This document shows, piece by piece, positions 45,732-45,898 of a stretch of 45,898 bases of DNA (the first letter of the stretch is position 1; every line of letters starts with the position of its first letter). The translations under genes and the position numbers were made by a program. The notes below the pieces were generated by a model. That model was not told the DNA's origin and made no database searches. It saw nothing but the letters and a program-made list of their open reading frames with translations. Origin of the DNA: Chthonomonadaceae bacterium (GTDB lineage: Bacteria; Armatimonadota; Chthonomonadetes; Chthonomonadales; Chthonomonadaceae); assembly GCA_035650735.1 (NCBI GenBank), contig DASRGZ010000161.1, positions 1 to 45,898 of the forward strand, read 5' to 3'.

Positions 45732-45898
45732 CCTCACCCCCAACTCCTCTCCTTCAGAAGGAGAGGGGAGCAGCCTTACTCCCAGGTTCTTCGGTTCTGC
45801 CTTCTCTCCCCTCCTCCCCGGCCCTTCTCCCTGCAAGGCAGAAGGGAGAGCAGAAGCCGGATCATCCGCTTCCCCCTCTCCCGCAGCGTGGGAGAGGG
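45732..45898. repeat. Family B hairpin cluster (uninserted; runs off window)
   Basis: CCTCACCCCCAACTCCTCTCCTTCAGAAGGAGAGGGG; CCCCTCTCCCGCAGCGTGGGAGAGG. Confidence 0.7.

Overview
High-GC bacterial chromosomal window. The gene content (DUF6785-type membrane protein, YADGH/H-X9-DG-like protein, stalk-domain L,D-transpeptidase, SARP-STAND regulator) suggests Armatimonadota; this is an inference. Housekeeping anchors are dnaG-rpoD, tRNA-Ser(GCT), rplU-rpmA and a YkuU/YkuV-type peroxiredoxin pair. Accessory genes include a GlmL-like operon with no mutase subunits in view, GT4, SprT-like, ComEC-type MBL, M32 carboxypeptidase, lytic transglycosylase, NDP-sugar synthase, two S8 peptidases, GH5, D-aminoacylase, ABC permeases and amidohydrolases. 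Four things stand out. (1) A SARP-BTAD/dead-cyclase/STAND/TPR regulator lies directly upstream of a secreted S8 protease with 11 AIWG repeats, and the protease promoter has an 11-bp-periodic TGTCAG box exactly 10 bp upstream of the -10 element. This is a candidate peptide-signalling or sensor-effector module. (2) A ~44-bp hairpin unit is inserted, often in nested copies, into two other repeat families. (3) A GxxExxY gene sits between 39-bp repeats like a cassette. (4) Decay products include an IS4-like transposase remnant truncating a DUF6569-like gene, IS5/IS1031-like MITEs with TAA duplications, and a frameshifted AT-rich TPR-like gene. All family assignments are from motif recognition, not database searches.
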